A stretch of 34,183 nucleotides of DNA from IMG/VR virus record IMGVR_UViG_3300045988_090145; one strand, given 5' to 3'. The notes under the pieces were generated by a model. That model had not been told where the DNA came from, did no database searches, and saw only the letters and a program-made list of their open reading frames with translations. The translations under genes were made by a program, and so were the position numbers. Positions 7,916 to 16,581 of this stretch are shown here, piece after piece. Position 1 is the stretch's first letter. Every line of letters begins with the position of its first letter. This DNA comes from a virus.

Positions 7916-9362
7916 AGAAATTGCAGATAACGGCTCCTTTGCCGAGTACTGCATTGCTATAGACCCAAAGTACCAACTGGAGTGGTTTCATGCTGAGATT
8001 GCTAAGGAGTTAGAGCAAGGATATCGTCGGTTGCTTGCAGGTGAAGATGTCCGATTAATGATTTTCATGCCGCCGCGTCACGGCAAAAGCGATACAGCCA
8101 CGCAGAAGTTTCCGTCTTGGGTACTAGGAAAAAGCCCAAACATTCCTATTGTAGTCTCATCTTACTCTGCGGAGCTTGCGTCAGATTTTGGTCAAAAGAC
8201 TAGGGATATAATGCAATCCGCTACTTACAACAAGATGTTTTCTACACGCTTGCGAGCAGACGCTAGAGCAAAAGGTCGCTGGATTACAAAAGAGGGTGGC
8301 GGCTACACCGCCGTTGGTGTTGGCGGTGCATTGACAGGTCGTGGATTCAAAATTGGTATTATCGACGATCCATTCAAGAACCGTGAAGAAGCAGATAGCC
8401 CTGTAATCCGCGAAGCCCGCGACGGCTGGTATAAGTCAACCTTCTCAACACGTGAGGAAGGCAACTCAATGATCGTATTTATTCTTACACGTTGGCACGA
8501 CGACGACCTAGCAGGCCGAGTTCTCAAAGCATCACGAGAAGCTAAGGCTAGAGGTGAAGCATACGATGACTGGAAGATAATCGAATATAAAGCTATCGCT
8601 ACTGAAGATGACGCGCACCGCAAAACTGGTGAGGCTTTATGGCCAGAGAAGTTCTCAATTGAGAAGTTATTAAAAAAACGCGCAGAGATGGGTAGTTATG
8701 AATTCTCAGCACTATATCAGCAGAATCCTATCGATGAAGAGAATCGCAAGTTTAAGCAAGCATGGTACAAATACCGCGAGTTCAGCAATGTCTTACAGCT
8801 TGACACCTACAACGTTATGACGATTGACCCACGAGGTAAAGACGACGTAAAGCAAGGCACTGACTACATTGGTGTAACCCTTAATTTTATCGACCGCGAA
8901 GGCAAATGGAATGTAATATGCTATCGCACAAAACTATCCGCGACTGATCTTGTCGACCTCATGTTTACAAACTGGAAGAGATACAACCTACACAAGATCG
9001 GAATTGAAGACAACCAATTTACTCAAGCCTTGAAGTCTGTTTGGGATGAAGAGATGATGCGCCGCGGAGTTTATCTAGACGTCGAATTATTGAAGCATGG
9101 CGGGCACAGTAAAGCATTGAGGATTGAAGCACTAGTGCCACGATATGAACGCGGAGGAATTTATCATATCAGACATGGCGATGCTAACTTATGTAAAGAC
9201 TTAGAGCTTGAACTGAGTATGTTTCCTAAAGCAACCAATGACGACGCGAGCGACTCTCTAGCATATCAGGTACAACTAGCTCAGCGACCAGAAGATGACG
9301 TAGGATCAGTCTCATACAATCAATCATTAGCAGATAGCGACTTAACAGCAATGTGGAATTAA
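7860..9362 (+). CDS. terL: Terminase large subunit.
   Basis: Walker A-like MPPRHGKSDTATQ, an ATPase region, and a C-terminal nuclease region with acidic motifs. 500 aa. GTG start overlaps terS by 56 nt; aggag lies 9 nt upstream. Confidence 0.8.
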   Translation: MQSKQSNYLKPEQTVGILREIADNGSFAEYCIAIDPKYQLEWFHAEIAKELEQGYRRLLAGEDVRLMIFMPPRHGKSDTATQKFPSWVLGKSPNIPIVVSSYSAELASDFGQKTRDIMQSATYNKMFSTRLRADARAKGRWITKEGGGYTAVGVGGALTGRGFKIGIIDDPFKNREEADSPVIREARDGWYKSTFSTREEGNSMIVFILTRWHDDDLAGRVLKASREAKARGEAYDDWKIIEYKAIATEDDAHRKTGEALWPEKFSIEKLLKKRAEMGSYEFSALYQQNPIDEENRKFKQAWYKYREFSNVLQLDTYNVMTIDPRGKDDVKQGTDYIGVTLNFIDREGKWNVICYRTKLSATDLVDLMFTNWKRYNLHKIGIEDNQFTQALKSVWDEEMMRRGVYLDVELLKHGGHSKALRIEALVPRYERGGIYHIRHGDANLCKDLELELSMFPKATNDDASDSLAYQVQLAQRPEDDVGSVSYNQSLADSDLTAMWN

Positions 9363-9373
9363 TTAGGGGGAAT

Positions 9374-9682
9374 ATGAAAAAATTTGTGCCAGAATTTGGA
9401 AAAGTCAAAGAACAACAGCAGCTAGACGATAAGACGTCTGTAGTAGTTGAAAACAGTTATCAAAATCACACTGTTATAGCAACTAAGCTACATTATGAAG
9501 AACGTTTTCGAGTTGCATCTATGGCAGAAGCACGTGATAAGGTTGATGAGCTAACACTAAGGATTGAAAATGACGACAGTCTTATCAATCCGTCAATCCG
9601 TTATGATGGACGCGCTAGAATATCATACAAAGGATCATTCGATGTTGTGTTTGAATATACCAAAATTAAGCAGGTAAAATGA
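9374..9682 (+). CDS. Hypothetical protein.
   Basis: ATG after aattaggggg RBS. 102 aa. Confidence 0.5.
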   Translation: MKKFVPEFGKVKEQQQLDDKTSVVVENSYQNHTVIATKLHYEERFRVASMAEARDKVDELTLRIENDDSLINPSIRYDGRARISYKGSFDVVFEYTKIKQVK

Positions 9683-9687
9683 TTATT

Positions 9688-9716
9688 TTCACAACTGATT
9701 AAAAATGTGATATAAT
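9688..9716 (+). promoter_or_regulatory. Putative sigma70-type promoter with extended -10 upstream of the portal gene.
   Basis: TTCACA, 17-bp spacer, TATAAT, with TG at -15/-14 (tgtgatataat). Confidence 0.5.
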
Positions 9717-9780
9717 ACAAGCGTAAACCACTGAAACAAACCAGAGTTTACTGAAACAACAGTAATCTTTGGAGTAATCA

Positions 9781-11715
9781 GTGGCTTTCTCTTTTTTAAC
9801 AGAAGAAAATATCCTAGATCTATGTAGCGCCTCAAAAGACTATACAGAAAAACTCACGCAGCCTTTTGAGGAATATTCCCGTCTTGCCAGAAATAAGCCA
9901 CACGCTAAAATACCTAAAGCGTTTCCTAAAACTACAGACGGTACAGCAGCTTCAATCATCATTAAGTCTGCACGTCGTGCCGTGCAGCAACTTCCGACTG
10001 GCGTAGTCTCTACTTCTGACGAATACAGTCCATGGCCAATAATTGCTGAATTTGTTTACTTAGAAAAAATCCTACCTAACGCCAACGCCGAATATGACCT
10101 GATCCATAAAGTGTGGATAACTATTGAAAATGGTGAGTCGTTTGGGTCGCAATGTGTCTTTACGCCAGTAGCTTACAACGATGACGAGCTACTTCCAGAC
10201 TATTTAATCGTTTCATGGCGTGATGTATTTATTCAACCTGGCAAAAGATCTGCTAGTGACAGCGACTATTTATTTGTACGCACGTGGTGGCAAAAGACTG
10301 ACGTAGACAAGCTTATCGATGCCGAAAAAGAACGACGCCGCACTGCCAAAAAAGAGGGCGCACTATACGAACCAACTTGGGACTTGAAGGCGCTAGAAGA
10401 AATAAAAGAAGCTATTGTCGCTAAAGACTCTAAAGACCAGAGCGAAGCAGAGCAACAGTACTCACTTGATCCATCAGGTATTGAAATTATAACTGGTTTT
10501 CAAATTGGTCATAACGCAACCTTCTTTACCTTCAACCCAGCCACTAAAAAGATTGTACGACGTAAGAAAAATAAAGACCCAAGGGCTAAGATACCCTTAA
10601 ACTGGTATTTTTATGACGCCGATGGGGTCAATCCTCTAGGTCGTAGCGTCTTAGAGCTAATTGGTCCTCTACAGAACCTGATCGATAGTGATATGCAGGC
10701 TTATCAATACAACCGCGCCGCCGCATTGCGTCCAACTATTAACGTATACGGCGACGTAAACGAGCGAACCCTTGAATTCAAGCCAAATGGTCTTAACAAA
10801 ATTAAGAACCCGAATGTACGTATTGAAGCGATGTCTGTAGATACTTCAGCAATCCGCGACTATCCAAACTTATATGGCCTGCAGAAGTCTCAAATGCTCA
10901 ACCTAGTCAATAGTCCAGACACTTCAATTAGCGCAGAGGTTGGCAATCCAGGATTCGGTAAAACGCCACAAGCGCTCAAGACTCAACAAGCTCAATTGTC
11001 TATTGACGACAACGCATTACGTAAAGGATTTGAAGCATTCTTTGAGGAGTGGAGCGAAACGGCTATTAACTTGTATTTTGCAGAGCGTGAAGGTGTAGAA
11101 ATAATCCAGCTAGACACAGACACTGCACAGAGATTGCGAGACCTAGAAGCAAAAGGTCATGTACTAGATGGTGTAGTCCTAGATGACGACAATAAGGCAA
11201 CTGTAGACTTCTCAAAAGCTAAGGGCGTACTGAAGTTTAAGATTGACGCGTCAACAACGAAAGTAAACAGCGAAGCGGCACAGCTAGATTCTTTGAAGAC
11301 ATTGATTCAGACGCTAGATTCTAGCCAGTCACTGAACCAAGTAGTACCAGTAGATAAGAAATTAGCTGCATGGAACGCTATTGTTGCTAACTCTGGCATT
11401 GATGGATTGGACGAGCTAAAGGTTACAGAAGAAGAAATGAAAGAAATGCAGGAGGCGCAAACTCAAGCCGCGGTCCCTGCTACCGATGAAACAGCTACAG
11501 CCGAGATGGAACAGCCCGCAGAAGACGAGGCTCAGGTTGCTGAAGTCCCAGTAGAGCCACAAGAAGATATAGAGCCAAGTATTGTAGATGAATTACGACA
11601 GATAGGCACACCAGAAAACCTAATTGCTGAAGTACCAAGTATGATTCAAAAAGGATTTACAGAAGAAGAGATAATCGCATCGATTATGGGAGTTATCCAA
11701 AAGGAGGGTGAATAA
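9781..11715 (+). CDS. Portal protein (putative).
   Basis: 644-aa protein directly after terL with an acidic C-terminal tail. GTG start with ggag RBS. Assignment rests on position and size. Confidence 0.55.
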   Translation: MAFSFLTEENILDLCSASKDYTEKLTQPFEEYSRLARNKPHAKIPKAFPKTTDGTAASIIIKSARRAVQQLPTGVVSTSDEYSPWPIIAEFVYLEKILPNANAEYDLIHKVWITIENGESFGSQCVFTPVAYNDDELLPDYLIVSWRDVFIQPGKRSASDSDYLFVRTWWQKTDVDKLIDAEKERRRTAKKEGALYEPTWDLKALEEIKEAIVAKDSKDQSEAEQQYSLDPSGIEIITGFQIGHNATFFTFNPATKKIVRRKKNKDPRAKIPLNWYFYDADGVNPLGRSVLELIGPLQNLIDSDMQAYQYNRAAALRPTINVYGDVNERTLEFKPNGLNKIKNPNVRIEAMSVDTSAIRDYPNLYGLQKSQMLNLVNSPDTSISAEVGNPGFGKTPQALKTQQAQLSIDDNALRKGFEAFFEEWSETAINLYFAEREGVEIIQLDTDTAQRLRDLEAKGHVLDGVVLDDDNKATVDFSKAKGVLKFKIDASTTKVNSEAAQLDSLKTLIQTLDSSQSLNQVVPVDKKLAAWNAIVANSGIDGLDELKVTEEEMKEMQEAQTQAAVPATDETATAEMEQPAEDEAQVAEVPVEPQEDIEPSIVDELRQIGTPENLIAEVPSMIQKGFTEEEIIASIMGVIQKEGE

Positions 11716-12020
11716 TGGACGAAAATCTATATCCGCGCAGTACAGAATATTACCAGCCAAACGAGGAAGAAGACAAGAGGGTAGAAGAGGCTAAACAAGC
11801 CGAGATCAATGCTATTAAGCAAGATATGAATAAGTTGCAAAAGGTGCTTGACCGTTGGGACGAGCGCATTACCTTCTACAAGTCTACTGACGCTATACCA
11901 GAAGAAATAATTACAGATAAAGAGAAACTAGCTATTTATATATCGGCAAACAAACGTGTTGTAGAGATTTTAAGAGAGGAAAGGAGCTTCTTAGAGAGTG
12001 TAATTGGCCAAGCGGCATAG
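11715..12020 (+). CDS. Hypothetical head-associated protein.
   Basis: 101-aa ORF between the portal and scaffold genes; ATGG overlap. Confidence 0.45.
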   Translation: MDENLYPRSTEYYQPNEEEDKRVEEAKQAEINAIKQDMNKLQKVLDRWDERITFYKSTDAIPEEIITDKEKLAIYISANKRVVEILREERSFLESVIGQAA

Positions 12021-12142
12021 TAAGGTACTCTGCTTTGGTTAGCTATCCTCGCTATTGGCTAACCAAAGGAGCGCATCTCACGCAACCCAGGTTCGTCACC
12101 TGCAATCGACGCTTAAACAATCTAATGAGAAGGAGGGGTGCT

Positions 12143-13054
12143 GTGCCATCAGACGCAGAAAACCAAGAAGTCGTTAATACAGAGGTAGAGCAAGAGTCTA
12201 CCCACGCTGAGTCGACGCCAGCTGAAACACAAAACTCTGAGGCTTCTTCAGAGCCAGAAACCAAAGCAGTTATCTCAGATAGCGGCGAGGTGGTACACGT
12301 CAAAGTCGATAAGTCTAAGGAAGAAAGCAAAGACGCTGATTCTGATGACGAGTCAGACGAAGACAGGAAGCCGAAACGGGGCAAAGAGGCGCGCCGTGAA
12401 CAACTAGAACGCGATTTAGAGGAGGATAACCGAGTCATTCGCGAATTAGTTGCTAAACGGAACGAAACTAGAGCTTATCGCCAGCAATTGGAACTTGACG
12501 CACAGAACGAAAGCACATTTCAACCTGTACAGCCACAGTCACAACAATTGCCAACAATAGATCAGATTATGGAGATGGAGAACCCAGAGACTGGCGACTT
12601 CTTCACAGAATTTGAAGCTAAGGCGGTATTGCAGAACCTACAGTTGCAACAGCGACTAGATAATATGCAACAAGCTCAGGAGCAGGCGGCTTATAAAGCT
12701 CAAGTCGAAGCGTCAAGAAGTGATTTGTCATATAAGGCAGATATGGCACTCAGGGATTTCCCAGAGTTTGATCCAGAATCTGATCAATACGATGAACATC
12801 TTGATAACGCCGTAAACGGGTATCTGCAAAGTGTACTTGTTTACGACCAAAACGGCGATGTCATTGGCTCAAAGACAGATGTATATCAATTATATAAGTC
12901 ATTCCACAAAGACGGTGAAGCACCTAAGCAACGCGCTGTGATTAATGACGCTGGTGATTTCCGTGGAGGCGGCACTAGGATCGTTAAACCATTCGCCAAG
13001 CTTACTACAGAAGAGAAGGAAGAATATCTCCGTCGACAAGGACATGATATTTAA
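12143..13054 (+). CDS. Scaffolding protein (putative).
   Basis: Highly acidic, Gln-rich, predicted coiled-coil protein between portal and capsid. GTG 12143 preceded by aggagggg. The longer track ORF (12035) would need a TTG start. Confidence 0.5.
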   Translation: MPSDAENQEVVNTEVEQESTHAESTPAETQNSEASSEPETKAVISDSGEVVHVKVDKSKEESKDADSDDESDEDRKPKRGKEARREQLERDLEEDNRVIRELVAKRNETRAYRQQLELDAQNESTFQPVQPQSQQLPTIDQIMEMENPETGDFFTEFEAKAVLQNLQLQQRLDNMQQAQEQAAYKAQVEASRSDLSYKADMALRDFPEFDPESDQYDEHLDNAVNGYLQSVLVYDQNGDVIGSKTDVYQLYKSFHKDGEAPKQRAVINDAGDFRGGGTRIVKPFAKLTTEEKEEYLRRQGHDI

Positions 13055-13068
13055 GAAAGGTTAATAAC

Positions 13069-13989
13069 ATGGCAACAAACACAACCGCAACGCTTTCTGC
13101 CGAGATGATCCAATACCTGGAGGAAAAATTCTTGGAGCGAAGCGAAGCCCGCACAATTCACCTAGAAGGTGCTAAAAAGAAAACTCTAGGAAAAAACTCT
13201 GGTACAACGGTTACCTTTACAAAACGATCACCATTTGGCTTGGCTACAACGCCATTGACAGAAGGTGAAAACCCACAAGACGAAGCTATCCGAAGCAACA
13301 AAGTCGTTGCTACTCTACGTGGCTACGGTAAGTGGACTAAAATCTCAAGCATGCTGTACAACACTTCAATCGATCGCGAGATGAAAGAGACGATTGAAAC
13401 TATGGGTCAAAATGCAGGTGAAACAATCGACGCATTGGTCCGTGACGTATTGCACCAGGGTGCGACAGTACAGTTTGCAAATAAGAAAACTGCATTGAAC
13501 GGCATTACTGCTGACGATATCCTGACGGTAGCAGAAATCCGCAAGGCTGTACGTACATTGAAGAAAAACAACGCAATCCCATATGCAGACGGATTCTTCA
13601 TTGGTAAGGTTGGTCCAGATACTGCATACAACATTACTGGTGATACAGCTTGGATTGACGCCCAGAAGTACACTGGCCGTGCAGAACTATACAAGGGTGA
13701 ACTAGGTCGCTTGCATAAAGTCCGCTTTATCGAAGCGTCAAGCAACCAGAAGGAAGAGGCAAGTACAACAACTGTCTACTCAAACTTCATTCACGGTCAA
13801 GAGGCATTCGGTGTTGTCGACTTAGCTGGTAGCGGCCTGAAGAAGATTATCATCAAGCAGTCAGACAAGGGTGATACATCTAACCCACTCAACCAGTTTA
13901 TGACCATTGGTTGGAAGGCGGAGGCATTTGCTTCAGCAGTCCTTGATCCAAAGTGGATTATCAACATTAAGACTGGTGCTAAAGACTAG
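13069..13989 (+). CDS. Major capsid protein (putative).
   Basis: 306-aa protein after the scaffold gene with strong RBS aaaggttaataacATG. Assigned by position and size. Confidence 0.55.
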   Translation: MATNTTATLSAEMIQYLEEKFLERSEARTIHLEGAKKKTLGKNSGTTVTFTKRSPFGLATTPLTEGENPQDEAIRSNKVVATLRGYGKWTKISSMLYNTSIDREMKETIETMGQNAGETIDALVRDVLHQGATVQFANKKTALNGITADDILTVAEIRKAVRTLKKNNAIPYADGFFIGKVGPDTAYNITGDTAWIDAQKYTGRAELYKGELGRLHKVRFIEASSNQKEEASTTTVYSNFIHGQEAFGVVDLAGSGLKKIIIKQSDKGDTSNPLNQFMTIGWKAEAFASAVLDPKWIINIKTGAKD

Positions 13990-14053
13990 TATTTAATAAC
14001 AGTAAGGGGTGGTTAAACACTGCCCCTTACGACCAAAGAAGGGAAACGATAAA

Positions 14054-14368
14054 ATGGCAGAGAAAAAGACAACTGAGCTTACAGCCGAAGAGATTATCGC
14101 CAACGCTAAAAAAGAGGCTGAGAAGATTATCGCCAACGCAAAAGAAACTGCAACTAGCGGTGAAATCGTAAGCCGTAGCGTATCTAAGGAAGATATCATC
14201 GAAGCATACAACAGCGGATTAAGTCATCTAGAGGTTGCTAAGAAATTTTATGGTAATACAAACGACGACAATATGCAGAAGGTTATTGCAGTTATTGAAG
14301 AAGCAGTACCATCAGGGGACGACAAAGACTCAGAGGTTGAAGTCACTGATCCTTGGATTGGAGCTTAA
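14054..14368 (+). CDS. Hypothetical head protein (decoration/connector candidate).
   Basis: ATG 14054 after aagaagggaaacgat. Contains duplicated EEIIANAKKEAEKIIANAKE. 104 aa. Confidence 0.5.
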   Translation: MAEKKTTELTAEEIIANAKKEAEKIIANAKETATSGEIVSRSVSKEDIIEAYNSGLSHLEVAKKFYGNTNDDNMQKVIAVIEEAVPSGDDKDSEVEVTDPWIGA

Positions 14369-14374
14369 TAGATT

Positions 14375-14620
14375 ATGGACTGGACGAGAGAGGGCGATCT
14401 AACTAGATTACATAAGGTGTTTAATGACCCTCTTAAGTCCCGTCACGAGCGCAGATTAGCCCACGACACATTCAACAAGATATTACGCCAGCTAAAAGAT
14501 AAAAAACTCATCGAATTACGTCGTAGGCTAATCCGAGCCAACATTGCTGACGATAATGACGCCGTAGAGAGAATAACTGAAGAGATACACGAATACTCAC
14601 GGCGTGCAGGCTATAGATAG
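14375..14620 (+). CDS. Hypothetical protein.
   Basis: 81-aa basic ORF, last gene before a strong terminator. Confidence 0.45.
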   Translation: MDWTREGDLTRLHKVFNDPLKSRHERRLAHDTFNKILRQLKDKKLIELRRRLIRANIADDNDAVERITEEIHEYSRRAGYR

Positions 14621-14644
14621 CGACTACAGCATAAACATACAGAC

Positions 14645-14680
14645 CATTTCGTTGACGTGAACGAAATGGTTTTTTTGTTT
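14645..14680 (+). terminator. Rho-independent terminator.
   Basis: Perfect 11-bp stem accatttcgtt/aacgaaatggt with a 5-nt loop, followed by ttttttt. Confidence 0.85.
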
Positions 14681-14929
14681 GGCTTATGTTATAATAACCC
14701 TACAATTAAGCACGAAGTGTGACTCTAAAAAACGAGAGCGCGTTGTCATCCAAAAAAGAAGGAAGCGTGCGTCGCAGCGTTGTATAAGTAGCAATCTGAG
14801 GTGATCGTTTGAGATAAATACGAAGCCGCCCAAGTCAGTATGGAGCGAAGAACTAGGCCCTCTTGGTGACCAGACAACAGACGATAGCTCTTATCCAATT
14901 TAATAGTATTTTTACAATTTGGAGTGTTG

Positions 14930-14958
14930 TTGAGAGATTTGGGATTTGTGTGTATACT
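14930..14958 (+). promoter_or_regulatory. Putative sigma70-type promoter for the moron genes.
   Basis: TTGAGA, 17-bp spacer, TATACT, about 40 nt upstream of the 14997 start. Confidence 0.45.
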
Positions 14959-14996
14959 ATAGGTACTTTAGTAAGTAAATGGGAGGCTTTACTAAA

Positions 14997-15467
14997 ATGG
15001 TATCTAAGGACAAAATCATCAAAAGCACTATTGGTGCTGTTATTGGCGTAGCTGCAGTAGCAGGTATGGCTGGAGCTGCAAATAATAGTCAGCCACAGCA
15101 GACTATAGCGCCAGTAGTACAACCTGTAACATATTCAGACTGTAGAACGGAAGAAATACCGTTTGAAACACAGTACGAAGGTGAAACAGGTCAATATGGC
15201 TACACTGAAACTATAAAGCAACAAGGTGTAGCTGGTAGTAAAAAGATTTGTAAACCAAGCAAACCAGGGTATGAAGATAAGGTGGAGGTTATAACTCAAC
15301 CTGTAAACCACGTTATCGTTCGTACACCTAAACCTGCACCGCAACCAGTACAACAGCAATCACACTATCGTGTCGGAGCAATCTGCCGTGACGGTTGGCA
15401 ATCACATGCTACTGGAAGAGGAGCATGTTCACATCATGGTGGAGTAAGCGAGTGGCTGTATGAGTGA
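14997..15467 (+). CDS. Membrane-anchored DUF3761-domain protein.
   Basis: N-terminal TM/signal segment IIKSTIGAVIGVAAVAGMAGAA. C-terminal AICRDGWQSHATGRGACSHHGGVSEWLYE fits the DUF3761 consensus C-DG-x-S-x-S-x2-R-G-x-CS-HGGV-x-W. ATG 14997 follows gggagg. Confidence 0.6.
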   Translation: MVSKDKIIKSTIGAVIGVAAVAGMAGAANNSQPQQTIAPVVQPVTYSDCRTEEIPFETQYEGETGQYGYTETIKQQGVAGSKKICKPSKPGYEDKVEVITQPVNHVIVRTPKPAPQPVQQQSHYRVGAICRDGWQSHATGRGACSHHGGVSEWLYE

Positions 15468-15951
15468 TTGGCACGTGTGGCTTTTCTATGGCACCGCTGC
15501 ATTTATTTCTGTATATTCAGTCATAACCTGGAAACAAATAATGTGGCTATATACGCTGGCATCGCCATATGGAGTTGATGATAACGATGTTGCTATAAAG
15601 ATGTTTTCATGGAGCGCTCTGCGTCAGTTGGCTGCTAGTACCTTTTCCATACCGGCATTCATTTTGCTTGGTCAAAAATGTATAAGTAGTATTCCAACGG
15701 AGTTTGTTACTGTTCCATTTACTTTAGTTATTGCTACAGTAATATATACACTTGGATGTAGCTATTCAGCACCAGAAAAAGCATTTTATAGGCTCAAAAA
15801 GTATGGATACTTAGCAGAGGATGCAACTGGTAATGGGGGATGGATAGAATTTACCATTCGCCATTTTATGCAATATACCTATGGGATGGTCCTGTCCCTT
15901 ATTGGTATTATTGCAGTGTCTATATTTCTTCTGTATATAGCGTTATTCTAG
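15460..15951 (+). CDS. Polytopic membrane protein (hypothetical; exclusion/immunity candidate).
   Basis: 163 aa with about 4 predicted TM helices. Overlaps the upstream gene by 8 nt. Confidence 0.5.
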   Translation: MSDWHVWLFYGTAAFISVYSVITWKQIMWLYTLASPYGVDDNDVAIKMFSWSALRQLAASTFSIPAFILLGQKCISSIPTEFVTVPFTLVIATVIYTLGCSYSAPEKAFYRLKKYGYLAEDATGNGGWIEFTIRHFMQYTYGMVLSLIGIIAVSIFLLYIALF

Positions 15952-16511
15952 CGTGCTACACAAAAATGTTGCACTACAACCCTACCATCACCTACGCCAA
16001 TACCAGTATAGGTGTACTTGGGGTCGAGCATGGCAGCTTTGTGCGGCGGTGAACTAAGCCACCAATCTATAGATTGCTTTGTATCTGTTCCGCTATCGTT
16101 CCAAGTCAAGTTTTCGCTGGCGTTTGTGCAAGCGGCAACTTGAAGTCTCCTCATTTCTTCTGTAAGCGGTTGGTTCGTGTCTGGCATGTAGTGTCCGCGA
16201 TAATTCCTGGCTATCATGTCGTCGGCTTTCATTTGAGCGGTCTTAGATAAGTTTGGGTGCAGTTTTAGTGGTGCAACGCCGACTTTGGCTCGTTCAATAT
16301 TGACGGCGTTCAATATTGACAGTTCTGTCGGCGGTTCTATCTTTTTGCTATTAGATAATTTGTTGGTATTTTGAAACGAAGGCGATTCTACGACAGGGGT
16401 TGTCTTTGTTATCTCTGCATTACGTTGAGCGACAAATAAATAGGCAGCAACTGCGCCAACGACTACTGCGATGCTAACAAAAATGACAAGAATAAATTTA
16501 GTCTTTTTCAC
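15948..16511 (-). CDS. Secreted/membrane-anchored CAP (SCP/PR-1, YkwD-like) domain protein; the only minus-strand gene.
   Basis: Signal/TM MKKTKFILVIFVSIAVVVGAVAAYLFVA, then CAP-domain motifs (LN-VN-ERAK-G-APLK, HYMPD...ENL, IDWWLSSPPHKAAMLDP, YTGIGV). GTG start sits 6 nt after its own -10, which suggests a leaderless transcript. Confidence 0.65.
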   Translation of the reverse strand: MKKTKFILVIFVSIAVVVGAVAAYLFVAQRNAEITKTTPVVESPSFQNTNKLSNSKKIEPPTELSILNAVNIERAKVGVAPLKLHPNLSKTAQMKADDMIARNYRGHYMPDTNQPLTEEMRRLQVAACTNASENLTWNDSGTDTKQSIDWWLSSPPHKAAMLDPKYTYTGIGVGDGRVVVQHFCVAR

Positions 16512-16517
16512 GCCGAC

Positions 16518-16546
16518 AGTATAACTGAAATCATCAGATTTGTCAA
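16518..16546 (-). promoter_or_regulatory. Near-consensus sigma70 promoter for the CAP gene (minus strand).
   Basis: Reverse complement reads TTGACA, 17-bp spacer, TATACT, then gtcggcGTG (the start codon). Confidence 0.6.
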
Positions 16547-16581
16547 TAACACTCCAAGTTACAAAAAGGAGTGTTTTTCTT

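Noticed and set aside
12035-12142. N-terminal extension of the scaffold ORF from TTG 12035 or ATG 12125.
   Set aside because: Neither has an RBS, whereas GTG 12143 is preceded by aggagggg at ideal spacing. The extension is more likely 5' UTR.
14863-15051. 62-aa + ORF and 89-aa minus ORF (14853..15122) in the moron promoter region.
   Set aside because: They overlap the promoter and RBS of the DUF3761 gene and are mutually antisense, with no start signals.
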